Assembly: GCA_043228905.1 (NCBI GenBank)
Contig: JBHGNT010000012.1
Coordinates: forward strand, 5,456,001 to 5,520,000
Reading direction: 5' to 3'
Origin: Azolla caroliniana
Lineage: Eukaryota > Plantae > Polypodiophyta
Length of the DNA stretch: 64,000 bases
Part shown: piece after piece, positions 1 to 10,685 of the stretch
Layout of the letters: each line of letters starts with the position of its first letter
Position numbering within the stretch: position 1 is the first letter of the stretch
Program-made: the position numbers and the translations under genes
Notes under the pieces: model-generated
The model's database searches: none
What the model was told of the DNA's origin: nothing
What the model saw: the letters and a program-made list of their open reading frames with translations, nothing else

Positions 1-672
1 TGGTATACCGGTGCGGTATAACCGAAGAGCTGGTCTGTTACACAGATGCCGACTGGGCCAGCGATGCATCAGATTGCCGATCAACCTCCGGTTACATGTT
101 TTCTCTAGGTAGCGTGGCTGTTGCGTGGAGCAACAAAAAGCAGCCAACAGTTGCTCTGTCGAGCACTGAGGTTGAGTATCGGGGCGCTACCATTGCCACC
201 TATGAAGCCATTTGGCTTCAGCGACTGCTGCAAGACCTACGGATCGAGATACCGACCCCAATTCTGATCTACTGCGACAAGGTAAGCAACATGTAGCTCG
301 CCAAGAACCCCGTATTCCATGCTTGCACAAAGCACATAGAAGTGCACTATCACTTCGTGCGTGAGCGTGTCCTTAGCAGTGAGGTCGAACTTCGGTATGT
401 TCACGCGGATCGGCAAGTTGCCGACATCTTCACCAAACCACTTGGATCGGACAAGTTGCAGCACTTCACCGAAATGCTTGGTGTTCAGCATCTCGACGTG
501 CCACACTTGAGTGGGAGAATAGGCAAAGACACCAGAATGGGCAAAGGCAAAGAGACTGCCGATTGTGCCGGTGAGAGAAGAACTGACGAAGGGTGAGTCA
601 AGAAGAAGAAAGGAACCGAGTCGACAAAGGAAGTCGACACATCCGAACAAGTCGGAACAAGCTGCAATGGCG
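1..672 (+). pseudogene. Ty1/Copia element A: RNase H end of pol plus start of a C-terminal extension (interrupted at 672 by a Gypsy)
   Basis: Translates YTDADWASDASDCRSTSGYMF...KQPTVALSSTEVEY...YCD...KHIEVHYHFVRERV...QVADIFTKPL; in-frame stops at 294-296 and 594-596. Confidence 0.93.
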
Positions 673-1109
673 TGTTGTCCGCCGGAATAGTAACTGAAGG
701 ACAAGAGCATAGGAATAAGAAATAAAATAAGATCATAACGCATGTAACGGTTCATGCAGCAAGCGTGAACAGCTAGATAGACCATGCGTATATAAAGGGC
801 AAAAAACCCCGGATAGAGGGAGCATGTAATTTTGGAATGTAAAGAAACGTATCATAATAGAATTCTATCTTCTCTGAACGTCTGTGTATAGCTCCGGCTA
901 ATCTACAGTGTGTCTGGAATACCTGAGCGTGTAAGAACGTAAGTGTAACCATTGCTAAGGATTCGGTTGTAGCCATCTCCCTTATACGATGATAGGTTAC
1001 AGGGAACATTCCCCTACGCATTACGCATAAACGCCTATTCGTTGTTCCACAACCACTTGGAGGTCTAGGTCGAAGGACTGACCGCAGACCGTGTTCCTAA
1101 TTGGTAACA
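673..1109 (+). repeat. 5' LTR of Athila-like Gypsy
   Basis: Matches 22789-23196 with about 17 substitutions and one 29-bp indel; TATA-like tatataaa near 788. Confidence 0.95.
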
Positions 1110-1113
1110 CTTT

Positions 1114-1130
1114 TGGCACGCTTGGTGATC
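1114..1130 (+). promoter_or_regulatory. Probable primer-binding site (tggcacgc..., Arg-tRNA-like, degenerate)
   Basis: TGG start 4 nt after the LTR end; resembles the TGGCACGCC PBS type of Tat/Athila-group elements. Confidence 0.55.
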
Positions 1131-1397
1131 TGTGTCTTCTCACAGACGAGCAACAACGAATGGATGTTTAATCGCAAACGCCCCAGAGAACCAACACGAC
1201 AAGACCAGCCAATCACAAGGTCCGTCACACGCTAGGCAGAAGAACGCGCACGGCAAAAGCCTTGCCTCAGCAACCTCAGTACTACCTGCTGTGATTACAA
1301 AGGTGATTCTTCGCTCTCCAAATACCTCGACGAGACGCGTGGAATACGCTCACCACAACCACCATGTGGTCTTTCCTGACCCGCCGTAGCCCCCAAC

Positions 1398-3006
1398 ATG
1401 GCCTTTGCCTACCCCCGTTTTAACGGCGAAACCAACGCCGCAACTCATATTCGCATGTTCCTTAATGTTTGGAATGTGAACCACATGGCGCAGAGCCTTT
1501 CGAAGGCGGTAGCGCACCAGTCGAAAATGACGGAGTTTAGGTTAACATTGGATGGGCGAGCGGCCTTTTGGCATTCACAGATGGATTTACCAGCAATAAC
1601 AACCTTCGATCAGCTGCAATCCGCTTTCTTGCGGTTCTTCCATCGGAGGGTCCCACAACGTGAAATCTTCGGACAGTTCTACACGATTAAGCAACTGCCG
1701 ACCGAGACGATAGCAGACTTCAACTTACGTTTCCAAAATTTACAGTGGAAACTAGAACGGAGCCCCGCGGAGGACGAGGCTTGAGAAACATTTCTGGCAG
1801 CATTACGCCGACCCATCCGGGCAACGCTCAACAACAATAGCGTGAAAGGGGAAATAGAGGATATGGTCATTGAATGAGCATTACAGCTCAAGTTGAACGA
1901 CGAGGAGGAAAGGTTTTCTATGTCCTCCTTACGACAAGCGTTACCCCAGGACGAGGAACACCAGTTTCGTCAAGCAATCCAGTGCACGATTTGCTTGAAC
2001 TCGGGGCATTCTGTAGTGGAGCGCAATATGCGAATCCACTGCCCAATTTGCCACTCGAAGCCTCACATAGTCGACCAATGCGAATACAATATGTTGAACA
2101 GAGCCACTCCCGCAGTCCGTAGCATGGACACCTAGCGTCCACCACACCGGACTGAACAAAGGAGGCAAGAAGATCGACCACGGTATAGGGATCGCAACCC
2201 ACGGGATGACCGGCACCACTGGATTCGCCGAAATCACAACGATTCCGAGGAGGCCGAACCAGAGGACGAGGATTATCGTGGACATCCGAGTTATGCTAAG
2301 GGGGGTCGGCGCTACGAGAATCACCGACCGACAAACAAACGGGGCGGCTTTAATGGTTATCGTGGTAAGCCGCAGCAGTATCGAGATCACCGGCGTTGCG
2401 ACGAAAGCTCGGGAGATGAGCGACACCAGGAACAACGACGGGACCAACAACAACCACCGCGTACGTTCCGACAAACGAGGCCGGACCGCGAGGAGCAAGT
2501 AGCACCAGGGGAGCGGCACACACCACCAGGAGCCGAGAAGGGTGAATCAAGCATCCATTGTTTTATTTGTCAGCAGCCCGGACATTATGCCACGCAATGC
2601 CCAACACGCAAGGGAAAGGGGCCCGATGTCAAGACGATTATGCCGGAAGTGCGGAAAGTCACAACACGCCAGCGAACAAAAACGGCTGATTGGGTTGCGC
2701 AAGATGAGATACATCAACAAGCCCAAGCATGGGTGGAAAAAGCAAACGTGACCAATACAGAGCGCATGCGGAAGGAGTCCGCGAACGCAAGGGAGCAAGC
2801 AGAGGACAAAGGACCGGTCACGGACCCCATTTGGCAGGCGTTAGCGGGCTGTGAGATAACGTTAACCATGGAGAAACTGTTGCAGCTAGTCCCACGCTTT
2901 CGCCAGACCATGGAAGAACGGGTGACAGGCATACCCGGGGTGAGTGTCGCTACAAACCTTACAGACGTTAGCGACGGACCGTTGGTAGTGGATCAGCACA
3001 ACCCGG
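1398..3006 (+). pseudogene. gag of Athila-like Gypsy (disrupted)
   Basis: Retrotrans_gag-like YPRFNG...LDGRAAFW...QLPTETIADFNLRF; zinc knuckles CPICHSKPHIVDQC and CFICQQPGHYATQC (~2558); frame resumes at 15412 after the insertions. Confidence 0.85.
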
Positions 3007-3680
3007 TGTCGTGAAGAAAACCGCCCACAAGAGGAATCGGAGGAACAAGGCGTGGGAAACGGCTCTACACACACGCGCGCCAAGAAGTACATACGAGGAT
3101 CCTAGGTGGGTAGATTCGGTTGGTATGCAGTTAATGCCAAACGGCCTCTTGACGGGATATAAAAAAGGAAGAGGAAGAATAGGAAAAGATATCTCGCGCG
3201 GAGAGGACGAAGTGCTGCGGAACCGATTTCGAAGCTCCTCTCTCACTCCTGCTCTCTCTGTCTTCTGCTCCATCGCGTACCTGTGCAGGTTTCGAGGAGG
3301 CTTGCGCTGTTCCGTGGAACGCCCCGAGTGCGTCCTGCAGCACCTCCGACCTGTTTTCCCCTTTCCGTGCGTCGCGACATACAGGGGTCGGCATCTGTTC
3401 GCCGCCCTGTTCGTTTTCGTTAGTATCTATTTCGTGCCCCACCGTGGGTTGTAACACTTTAGCTGTTATTTTCTTGCATTCATAAGTACATATCTTCAGT
3501 GGTTGCGTCCATCTGTGTCGGCGTTTATTTGTGATCTCTGTTTGTTGGGCCGTGTCCCTGTGCAATCTTCGGTTCTGTGTAATCGGGTCTCTCCTTCTCC
3601 TCTCTCTCTCTTGCTCTTCGGTCCAAGACCCCCCGTGGTCCCTCCTCCTTTCTGCACGCAAGGGCGTAGCAACCCCGACA
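3007..3680 (+). repeat. 5' LTR of Trp-primed Gypsy copy 1
   Basis: Near-identical to 9411-10083. Confidence 0.97.
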
Positions 3681-3683
3681 TCT

Positions 3684-3701
3684 TGGTGAACCCGACGTGA
3701 A
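3684..3701 (+). promoter_or_regulatory. Primer-binding site complementary to tRNA-Trp 3' end
   Basis: TGGTGAACCCGACGTGAA is the reverse complement of TTCACGTCGGGTTCACCA, the plant cytosolic tRNA-Trp(CCA) 3' end as I recall it. Confidence 0.88.
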
Positions 3702-3723
3702 AGAGGCGGCAGAAGAGCAGGAA

Positions 3724-5850
3724 ATGAGAGGGTCGGATCTCGCAGAGGCCATGGCTTCGGCCGTGGATCGGATTGTAAACGCGCGCGAGAGCACCGGTGC
3801 CCTCGACAGAGCTATTGAGGCGGTCGTCGGCACGATCGGCCGGTTCGATGGGAAGGATGCCACGAAGTATTTGGCGTCCTACGGTGCAGAGATGCTGATG
3901 CGGGACATTCCGGAAGAAAGGCGTCTTGCCGGATTTCCCCGAGTGGCGATGCCGAGCATCCACGCGGAGGTGCTCGAGGTGCGGATGGAGAGCCGTACCT
4001 GGGAGGAGTTCGAAGGTCGGCTCCTAGAGAAATACGGGCTGGACGACGCGCTCCGGCTTTCGAAGCGAAGGTTCATGGAATGGGTGGAGTCCCCGGGGAA
4101 GGGAAGAAACGCGTCGGCGCTCCTCCGGGAGTTCGAGGAAAACTTTGCGCGCCTTTCGGCGCTTGACCGAACCATCCTGGACACGAGCCGGGTCTTGCTG
4201 TTTGTCAAGTCGGTCGACGAGCGGGATCGGGAGCAAGTGGGCTTCTTGCTGGAAACCGAAGACGGGCTCACTACGGACTGGGCGGCTGTCAGGAAGGTCT
4301 GTGGCCGTTTCGACAAACGGCGAGAATGGGCGGATAACGGTGCAACCGGGTCGGGCTCGGTCGCAGCAAGGAAGCTCGATCCAGCGCCACAGGTGCGAAA
4401 GGAAGAGACCCGAGAGTGGTTGGATACCGGTTCGGCTCCGACCGGCGTAGTCAGAGGCTCAACCGGAGGAGCGGCGCTGGAGGAATTGACAAAGGCGATA
4501 AAGGACCTCCAAATCGCGCAGGCCCGAAGGGAAGGAGGCGAACCGGCTCGTGACCGACGGCCGGCGGCAGGAAACAGGTGCATGTGGTGCGATGAAGTCG
4601 GCCACATTCGGAAGGACTGCGGCGACTTCGCGGAGGCGCTGAGGAACAGGGTGGTGTACCTGTGGGAAGGACGGGTGCATGCCAGCGACACCCGAAGGGC
4701 CCTGAGCCGAAACGATGGAAAAGGCGGTATGAAAAGGGTGATGGAAGAGGCGGCGGCCCGACACGCGGAAACCGTCCACTACTCGACGTCAGCCGGCATT
4801 CGAGTCGGGGGCGGCGAGGCCCGAAGGGAAAGCGAAGCCGGATTCTGGCCGACGATGCTGGGAGGCCTTGCCGGTGCAGGGCTTAAAAGGGAGGAATCGG
4901 ACCGTGCGGAGAAACGGGTACGGGAGATGACCGGGTGGAGCGACCCGGTCGAGGAGAAGACGGGCTTCGTGGAAGCCGCTTGCCGGAACTACGAGGCTCT
5001 GGTAGAAGAGAAGCGGGTGGGGAAACCCGGGACGACCGGGCCCTCACAACGATACGAGACCCGGTCCGGGCCGCGACGGGACGAAGCCGGCGGGGCCGGT
5101 ACGCGAGATAAACCCCAGAAGGGCGGGTACCGTCTGGGGACGGAGATAGAAAGAACCACGGACTTACGAAAGGTCCTGGAGGAACGGATCCTCGACAGCA
5201 AGGTGGAGCTGTCGTTACGGGAGGTGCTGGGAATCGCCAAGAAGGAGTTCCACGACTCCATCGTGGACTTGGTGAAACGGAAGAGGCTGTCGACGGAGAC
5301 AGAACCGGAAAGACCGGTGGAAGTGCGGACGACGCACCTAGACGACATGGCGCTGGGAGACGAGTGGGCGGAAAGCCACTATTCGAGACCACACTGGGCC
5401 CGAGCGACCACGGAAACCCCGGTGAAGATCGGCGATGTCCAGGAACCGGTGATAGCTTTGGTGGACCACGGATCGGAGATCAATTTGATGTCCATGGACT
5501 TCTATAAGAAGGGCAAATGGCCGATCAACACCAAGCACGGGTGGAAAATAAGGGCAGCAACGCGCGCCACCGAGGAACTGCACGGGGCCTGTCCGAATGT
5601 GCGGGTCAAGATTGGCGACGTCGAGATTGACCAACACTTCTTCGTGCAGGAGACGTCTTCGCACCCGGTCATTCTGGGAGAACCGTACATTACGGCGGCG
5701 CGGATGGAGACCAAAGTGCTGGACAATGGTTCGGCCTACGCGAGGGTCAAAAGCCAAGACGGGCGCCATTCGGTCCAGTTTCTGACGGTAAGGCCGAACC
5801 ACGAACGTAACCGTGATTCCCTCGGTTCCGAAAACCGAGAGGATTTTTAG
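3724..5850 (+). CDS. Gag-protease polyprotein (ORF1), intact
   Basis: ATG at 3724; CCHC knuckle CMWCDEVGHIRKDC; aspartic protease ALVDHGSEINLM...VILGEPY; TAG at 5848-5850. Confidence 0.92.
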   Translation: MRGSDLAEAMASAVDRIVNARESTGALDRAIEAVVGTIGRFDGKDATKYLASYGAEMLMRDIPEERRLAGFPRVAMPSIHAEVLEVRMESRTWEEFEGRLLEKYGLDDALRLSKRRFMEWVESPGKGRNASALLREFEENFARLSALDRTILDTSRVLLFVKSVDERDREQVGFLLETEDGLTTDWAAVRKVCGRFDKRREWADNGATGSGSVAARKLDPAPQVRKEETREWLDTGSAPTGVVRGSTGGAALEELTKAIKDLQIAQARREGGEPARDRRPAAGNRCMWCDEVGHIRKDCGDFAEALRNRVVYLWEGRVHASDTRRALSRNDGKGGMKRVMEEAAARHAETVHYSTSAGIRVGGGEARRESEAGFWPTMLGGLAGAGLKREESDRAEKRVREMTGWSDPVEEKTGFVEAACRNYEALVEEKRVGKPGTTGPSQRYETRSGPRRDEAGGAGTRDKPQKGGYRLGTEIERTTDLRKVLEERILDSKVELSLREVLGIAKKEFHDSIVDLVKRKRLSTETEPERPVEVRTTHLDDMALGDEWAESHYSRPHWARATTETPVKIGDVQEPVIALVDHGSEINLMSMDFYKKGKWPINTKHGWKIRAATRATEELHGACPNVRVKIGDVEIDQHFFVQETSSHPVILGEPYITAARMETKVLDNGSAYARVKSQDGRHSVQFLTVRPNHERNRDSLGSENREDF

Positions 5851-5910
5851 AGAGGACTGCCAAGGCGTGGGGCCGCGACAGTCCGGACACCCCGGGAAAA
5901 CCCCACACCT
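5841..5910 (+). promoter_or_regulatory. Predicted -1 ribosomal frameshift signal (GGAUUUU plus H-type pseudoknot)
   Basis: G GAT TTT TAG; the -1 frame is open from here into RT; stem 1 5854-5859/5879-5884, stem 2 5863-5872/5901-5910; conserved in copy 2. Confidence 0.8.
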
Positions 5911-8900
5911 GTACGATAAAACCGAAGAAACCTTGTACCATAGGTAGGGAATTTTTGTTCTCCGACAGCGGAGCGTGCACGACAGTCGGCATCGGCGGCC
6001 GAGAGAAGAGAAAGGCGGAGGGGAGACTTCGAGCGTGCGGAGTTCTCGGCCCTGACGAGGAAATCGACGGAGCCGTGGAGGCGGTCTCATTCGACGACAC
6101 CTTGGGAATGCTGGGAAAGGTAGTCGAAGAAGGCCTTAACGAAGACCGGACGATACCGGTGTGTTCCGAGGAGATGTATGAAGTCATCGCGGACTTCGGT
6201 CGAGGGCTCGAGTCAGTTCGGACGGCCCACGTGAGCACCAAGTACAAGACTGTGGACCGGAAGGTAAGGCCAGTCGCGGCACCCTTACCGGAGGACAGCG
6301 CGTCGAGAATCAAAGGGGTTGCATCGGACCCTAGTCTACGAGATCCGGCCTGCATAGGACACACCTTTACCGACGAGACGCTCCGAGAGCTCAAAATCGG
6401 TGGGGGCGGGTTCCTACTGCCGGCGGAGGAAGACCGGTTTCGGAGAATGCTCGGAAGGCACGGGAAAGCCTTCGCATTCTCGCCGGAGGAAATCGGGTGC
6501 GTTGACCCGACGATCGTGGAGCCGATGGTGATATTCACGGTACCGCATGTACCATGGAATCTCAAGCCAATCCCGGTTCCGAGAGCTCACATCCCGAAGT
6601 TGATGGAGCTGCTGAGGCAGAAAGTTGATATGGGAATTCTCGAGCCGTCGAGCGCCCCATATTCGAATCGATGGTTTACCGTACCGAAGAAAAACGGTTC
6701 GTTGCGCTTCATCCAGGACCTGCAGCCGGTCAATCGAGTGACGATTCGGAACGCAGGGATCGGACCGACCATAGACGAGTTCGCGGAGGCCTTCGCCGGA
6801 AGGTCAATTTACTCGGTCGGGGATCTATACTCAGGGTACGACCAGTTCCAGCTAGCCGTGGAGAGCAGAGACATTACGACGATGCGAACTCCCCTCGGCC
6901 TAGTTCGGATGTGTACACTGCCGCAAGGAGGGACCAACTCGGTGGCCCACATGGTGAATGCGATGAACAAGGTTCTGAGGGACTGTATCCCGGACATCAC
7001 CATGCCGTTTCTGGACGACATTCCGATCAAAGGATGCCCGGTGGAAGAAAGGGACGAGACGATCGGGCCGGACGGATGCCGGCGATTCGTGGCGACGCAC
7101 ATCAACGACTGCGAGAAGGTGCTGCAAAGACTAGAGGATGCGAGACTCACCTTCTCCGGGGAGAAGTCGGCCTTCGGGCAGTCAGAAATCATGGTGGTCG
7201 GACACCTGTGCGGACCATATGGCCGGAAACCGTCTCCGGCAAAGGTAGAAGCCATCTCCGCGATGAAGCCCGACTGCAGCTCGGTCACGGAATTACGGAG
7301 ATTCCTGGGGGCATGCGCGTTCTACCACATATGGATCCCGCATTACGCACACGTCGCGGAGCCACTGTACGGGTTGCTGAAAAAGGGGTGAAGGTTCGAA
7401 TGGCTAGACGAGCATGCGGAAACGGTCCGGAGGCTGAAAGAGGCCCTTGCAGCGGCACCGGCACTCCGGAAGGCGGTATACGGGAAGGGTACCCCGGTAT
7501 TCATAACGGTGGATACCAGTCCGACCGGGATCGGATGGGTCGTGAACCAGGAAGACGAGGACGGCAATCGGTTTCCGATCCGATTCGGCGCGAAAGTCCT
7601 CAGTGAACGGCAGCGAGGATACGCCCAGGTTAAACGCGAACTCTGGGGTATTGTTTCGGCGGTTAAGGCCGACAAAGACTACCTGATAGGGACAGAAGTG
7701 ATCATCGAGACGGATTGCCTGCCGATTCTCGGTATGGTTTCCGGATGCGCGACTCCGGACCTGGCGATGCTCAGGTGGATAGCGTACATCAAGTCCCTGG
7801 ACCCGGAAATACGACACATTTCCGGGAAAGACAACGCCATGGCCGACATGCTTTCGAGGGCGAGGTTCGACGACGAGGGCGGCATGGTTTCGGAAGACGA
7901 AGAAGTCGGCGTGGATTTCTTCGAGACGGCACACATAACGACCGACGGGATGAGCACTCCGGCGCTTAACGAGTTCGACGCGAGCAAGTACGACGGGGAG
8001 TGGCTGCAGATCGGCGGGTTTTTGAAGGCAATGACGCCCGATGCGTCATGGACGAAGGACGAGGCCAACCGGATCCGGAAGAAAGCATATCGATTCTTTC
8101 TCCGAGATGGGCATTTGTGGAAGCACCCGAAGAAGAGGAACGGCGTCCCGCTCCGGGTGGTGGCGATGAAGGAAGAACAGGAGGAGCTACTGGCGGCCTA
8201 CCACGACAGCCCTTGGGCTGGACACCGTGGAACGTGGGCGACATTTGAGAAGCTGAAGGGGAAGTACTGGTGGCCGGGATTGTACCGGGACGTGCATCGG
8301 TTCGTGTCAACTTGCGAGAGTTGTCAGATGCACTCGATAGTCCGACACCGGGACGGGCTTCACCCTACGTACCCTCCGACTATCCACTTCAAATGGATGG
8401 TAGATCTGGTGACGATGCCGATGGGGGTAGGACAGATGCGGTATCTGGTCCTAGCACGGGAAGACCTGACGAACCAGGTGGAAGGCCGAGCCCTTCAGAA
8501 CAAGACGACCGCGGCCGTGTGTCGGTTCCTGATCGAGGACGTGATATGCCGGTACGGGTGCGTCGGGAAGATCGTGGCTGACCGAGGGGAGTTGGACGCC
8601 GAAGAAGCCGCGGAGCTGTTCGACCGGCTGGGGGTCAAGCTCTCGCTCACCGCTGCGTACAATCCGGAGGCGAATGGAAAGGTGGAGCGCGGACACGGAC
8701 CGATCGTCAAGGCGTTGGTTCGGGCATGCGGAGGCCGAATCGGTGACTGGCCGCGGCTCCTACCTTATGCCTTGTGGGCAGACCGGACCACGCACAGTTC
8801 GGTAACCGGGTACATGCCGACAGAGCTCATGTTCGGCCAGAAGCCGATCATGCCGATTGAACGGACGATCTCCTCGTGGGCAACGGTCGACTGGAGGGAC

Positions 8901-9338
8901 GAGATGAGCCGGGAGGAGTTGTTGGCCGCGCGTATACGACAGCTCGAGCGGAGACCGGAGGACGTGGCACTGGCTACGGAGAAGCTCCGGGTGGCGAGGA
9001 CAAAGAACAAAGCCCGGTTCGACCGAACGCACCGGCTACGACCGAAGAAAATCGACGAAGGTGACTGGGTGCTCGTCTACGACAGCAGCCTCGACAACCA
9101 GCACCGAGCAACGCGGAAGTTCGCACAGAGATGGTTCGGGCCGTACACGGTACAGAGCGCCAACGACAACGGGACGTATCATCTGGCGGAACTCGACGGT
9201 ACGAGAATAACGATACCCGTGGCCGGGAAGAGGATCAAAGCTTTCAAGAAGCGGCACGACAACGAACCCGACCCGATTCTCCTGGACAGCAGCGACGACC
9301 GATCCGAGGCCGAGGAAGGGCCGGCAGGCGAAGAGTAA
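5847..9338 (+). pseudogene. RT-RNase H-integrase (ORF2, -1 frame) with a single premature TGA at 7389-7391
   Basis: RT DLYSGYDQ...LPQGGTNS...PFLDD; RH VDTSPTGIG...ETDC...ADMLSR; IN HHCC, WMVD/ADRGE/KVE, WFGPY; ORFs 5955-7391 and 7509-9338 share one frame. Confidence 0.93.
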
Positions 9339-9410
9339 AGACGGGCCGGTTTTCTCCGTGCCAACTTAATTTGGCGCATACCGGTGGATGCGCGGTTAGG
9401 TGGGGGCGGA

Positions 9411-10083
9411 TGTCGTGAAGAAAACCGCCCACAAGAGGAATCGGAGGAACAAGGCGTGGGAAACGGCTCTACACACACGCGCGCCAAGAAGTACATACGA
9501 GGATCCTAGGTGGGTAGATTCGGTTGGTATGCAGTTAATGCCAAACGGCCTCTTGACGGGATATAAAAAAGGAAGAGGAAGAATAGGAAAAGATATCTCG
9601 CGCGGAGAGGACGAAGTGTTGCGGAACCGATTTCGAAGCTCCTCTCTCACTCCTGCTCTCTCTGTCTTCTGCTCCATCGCGTACCTGTGCAGGTTTCGAG
9701 GAGGCTTGCGCTGTTCCGTGGAACGCCCCGAGTGCGTCCTGCAGCACCTCCGACCTGTTTTCCCCTTTCCGTGCGTCGCGACATACAGGGGTCGGCATCT
9801 GTTCGCCGCCCTGTTCGTTTTCGTTAGTATCTATTTCGTGCCCCACCGTGGGTTGTAACACTTTAGCTGTTATTTTCTTGCATTCATAAGTACATATCTT
9901 CAGTGGTTGCGTCCATCTGTGTCGGCGTTTATTTGTGATCTCTGTTTGTTGGGCCGTGTCCCTGTGCAATCTTCGGTTCTGTGTAATCGGGTCTCTCCTT
10001 CTCCTCTCTCTCTCTTGCTCTTCGGTCCAAGACCCCCGTGGTCCCTCCTCCTTTCTGCACGCAAGGGCGTAGCAACCCCGACA
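9411..10083 (+). repeat. 3' LTR of Trp-primed Gypsy copy 1
   Basis: Preceded by G-rich PPT-like aggtgggggcgga (9398-9410). Confidence 0.97.
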
Positions 10084-10087
10084 CCGG

Positions 10088-10675
10088 TGTTAGGGAATCG
10101 ACGGTTTTAAAAAAACCTTCAGCTTTCGGCCAAAACCGAGGAAAACACGAGTCAGTGCAGCAGTAAATCCAAAACACAGAGAGAGACTCGAATGCACAGG
10201 GTTTAGCGTGGAAAACCCTAAACGGGAAAAAAACCACGGGAGTGCAAGACTCCAACTATCACTATACGCAGGGAATGTACAATGGCGAGCTGCAAGGCGA
10301 CGACCTTGAGCTTGCTGTCCTCGCCACAGGCGGCGGTATTACACAGAGGCGTCGACCTCTTCCTTTCTCTCTCTCTCTCTCGGCTCCTCTCACTTCGCTC
10401 CCTCTAAGTGGAAAACAAAAAATGAGCAACAACACAAAACTGTTTGCCCTAAGTCATATTTATACACATATGACTTTCGGGCTATTTACAAATATAGCCT
10501 CAAGGGCCCTTGGCAAACATATTCACAAATATGTCCCCGCATCCGGATCTCTCTCCGGGTACATACGTCATCCGGCTCCGTAGCCGGGGTCTTCGTCATC
10601 CGGCTCCGTAACCGCAACCGGGCTTGCCGTCATTCATCTCCGGACATCCCATCCGGAGGGACCGAGATCCCAACA
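10088..10675 (-). repeat. 3' LTR of Copia C (588 bp)
   Basis: Differs from the 5' LTR by about 6 substitutions and lacks one 28-bp repeat unit. Confidence 0.96.
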
Positions 10676-10685
10676 AACTCCCCCT

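Larger units (their letters stand above)
3007..10083 (+). mobile_element. Very young Ty3/Gypsy with tRNA-Trp PBS and 4-bp TSD (copy 1)
   Basis: LTRs 3007-3680 and 9411-10083 (TGTCG...CGACA; I see 1 substitution and a 1-bp indel); TSD ccgg at 3003-3006 and 10084-10087; gag-PR ORF then RT-RH-IN. Confidence 0.97.

Noticed and set aside
3011-3661. ORFs of 100-250 aa inside LTRs (also 9400-9969, 10242-10583, 14945-15286, 24776-25519, 31441-32166)
   Set aside because: Duplicated only because LTRs are duplicated; no recognisable domains and not conserved between the two Gypsy subfamilies.
3684-3701. tRNA gene fragment
   Set aside because: Only the 18-nt complement of a tRNA 3' end including CCA, i.e. 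a PBS; no tRNA or rRNA genes were recognised in the window.
7389-7391. In-frame TGA between RT and RH as programmed readthrough
   Set aside because: Copy 2 has a sense codon (TGT, KKGCKFKW) here and there is no readthrough context; a single nonsense mutation is simpler.
3879-9257. Many long antisense or alternate-frame ORFs over the TE coding regions
   Set aside because: Expected shadow ORFs of GC-rich coding sequence with few stop codons.
10213-10222. Telo-box-like aaaccctaaa in Copia C LTRs
   Set aside because: Single short motif, common in plant LTRs and promoters; not a telomeric array.
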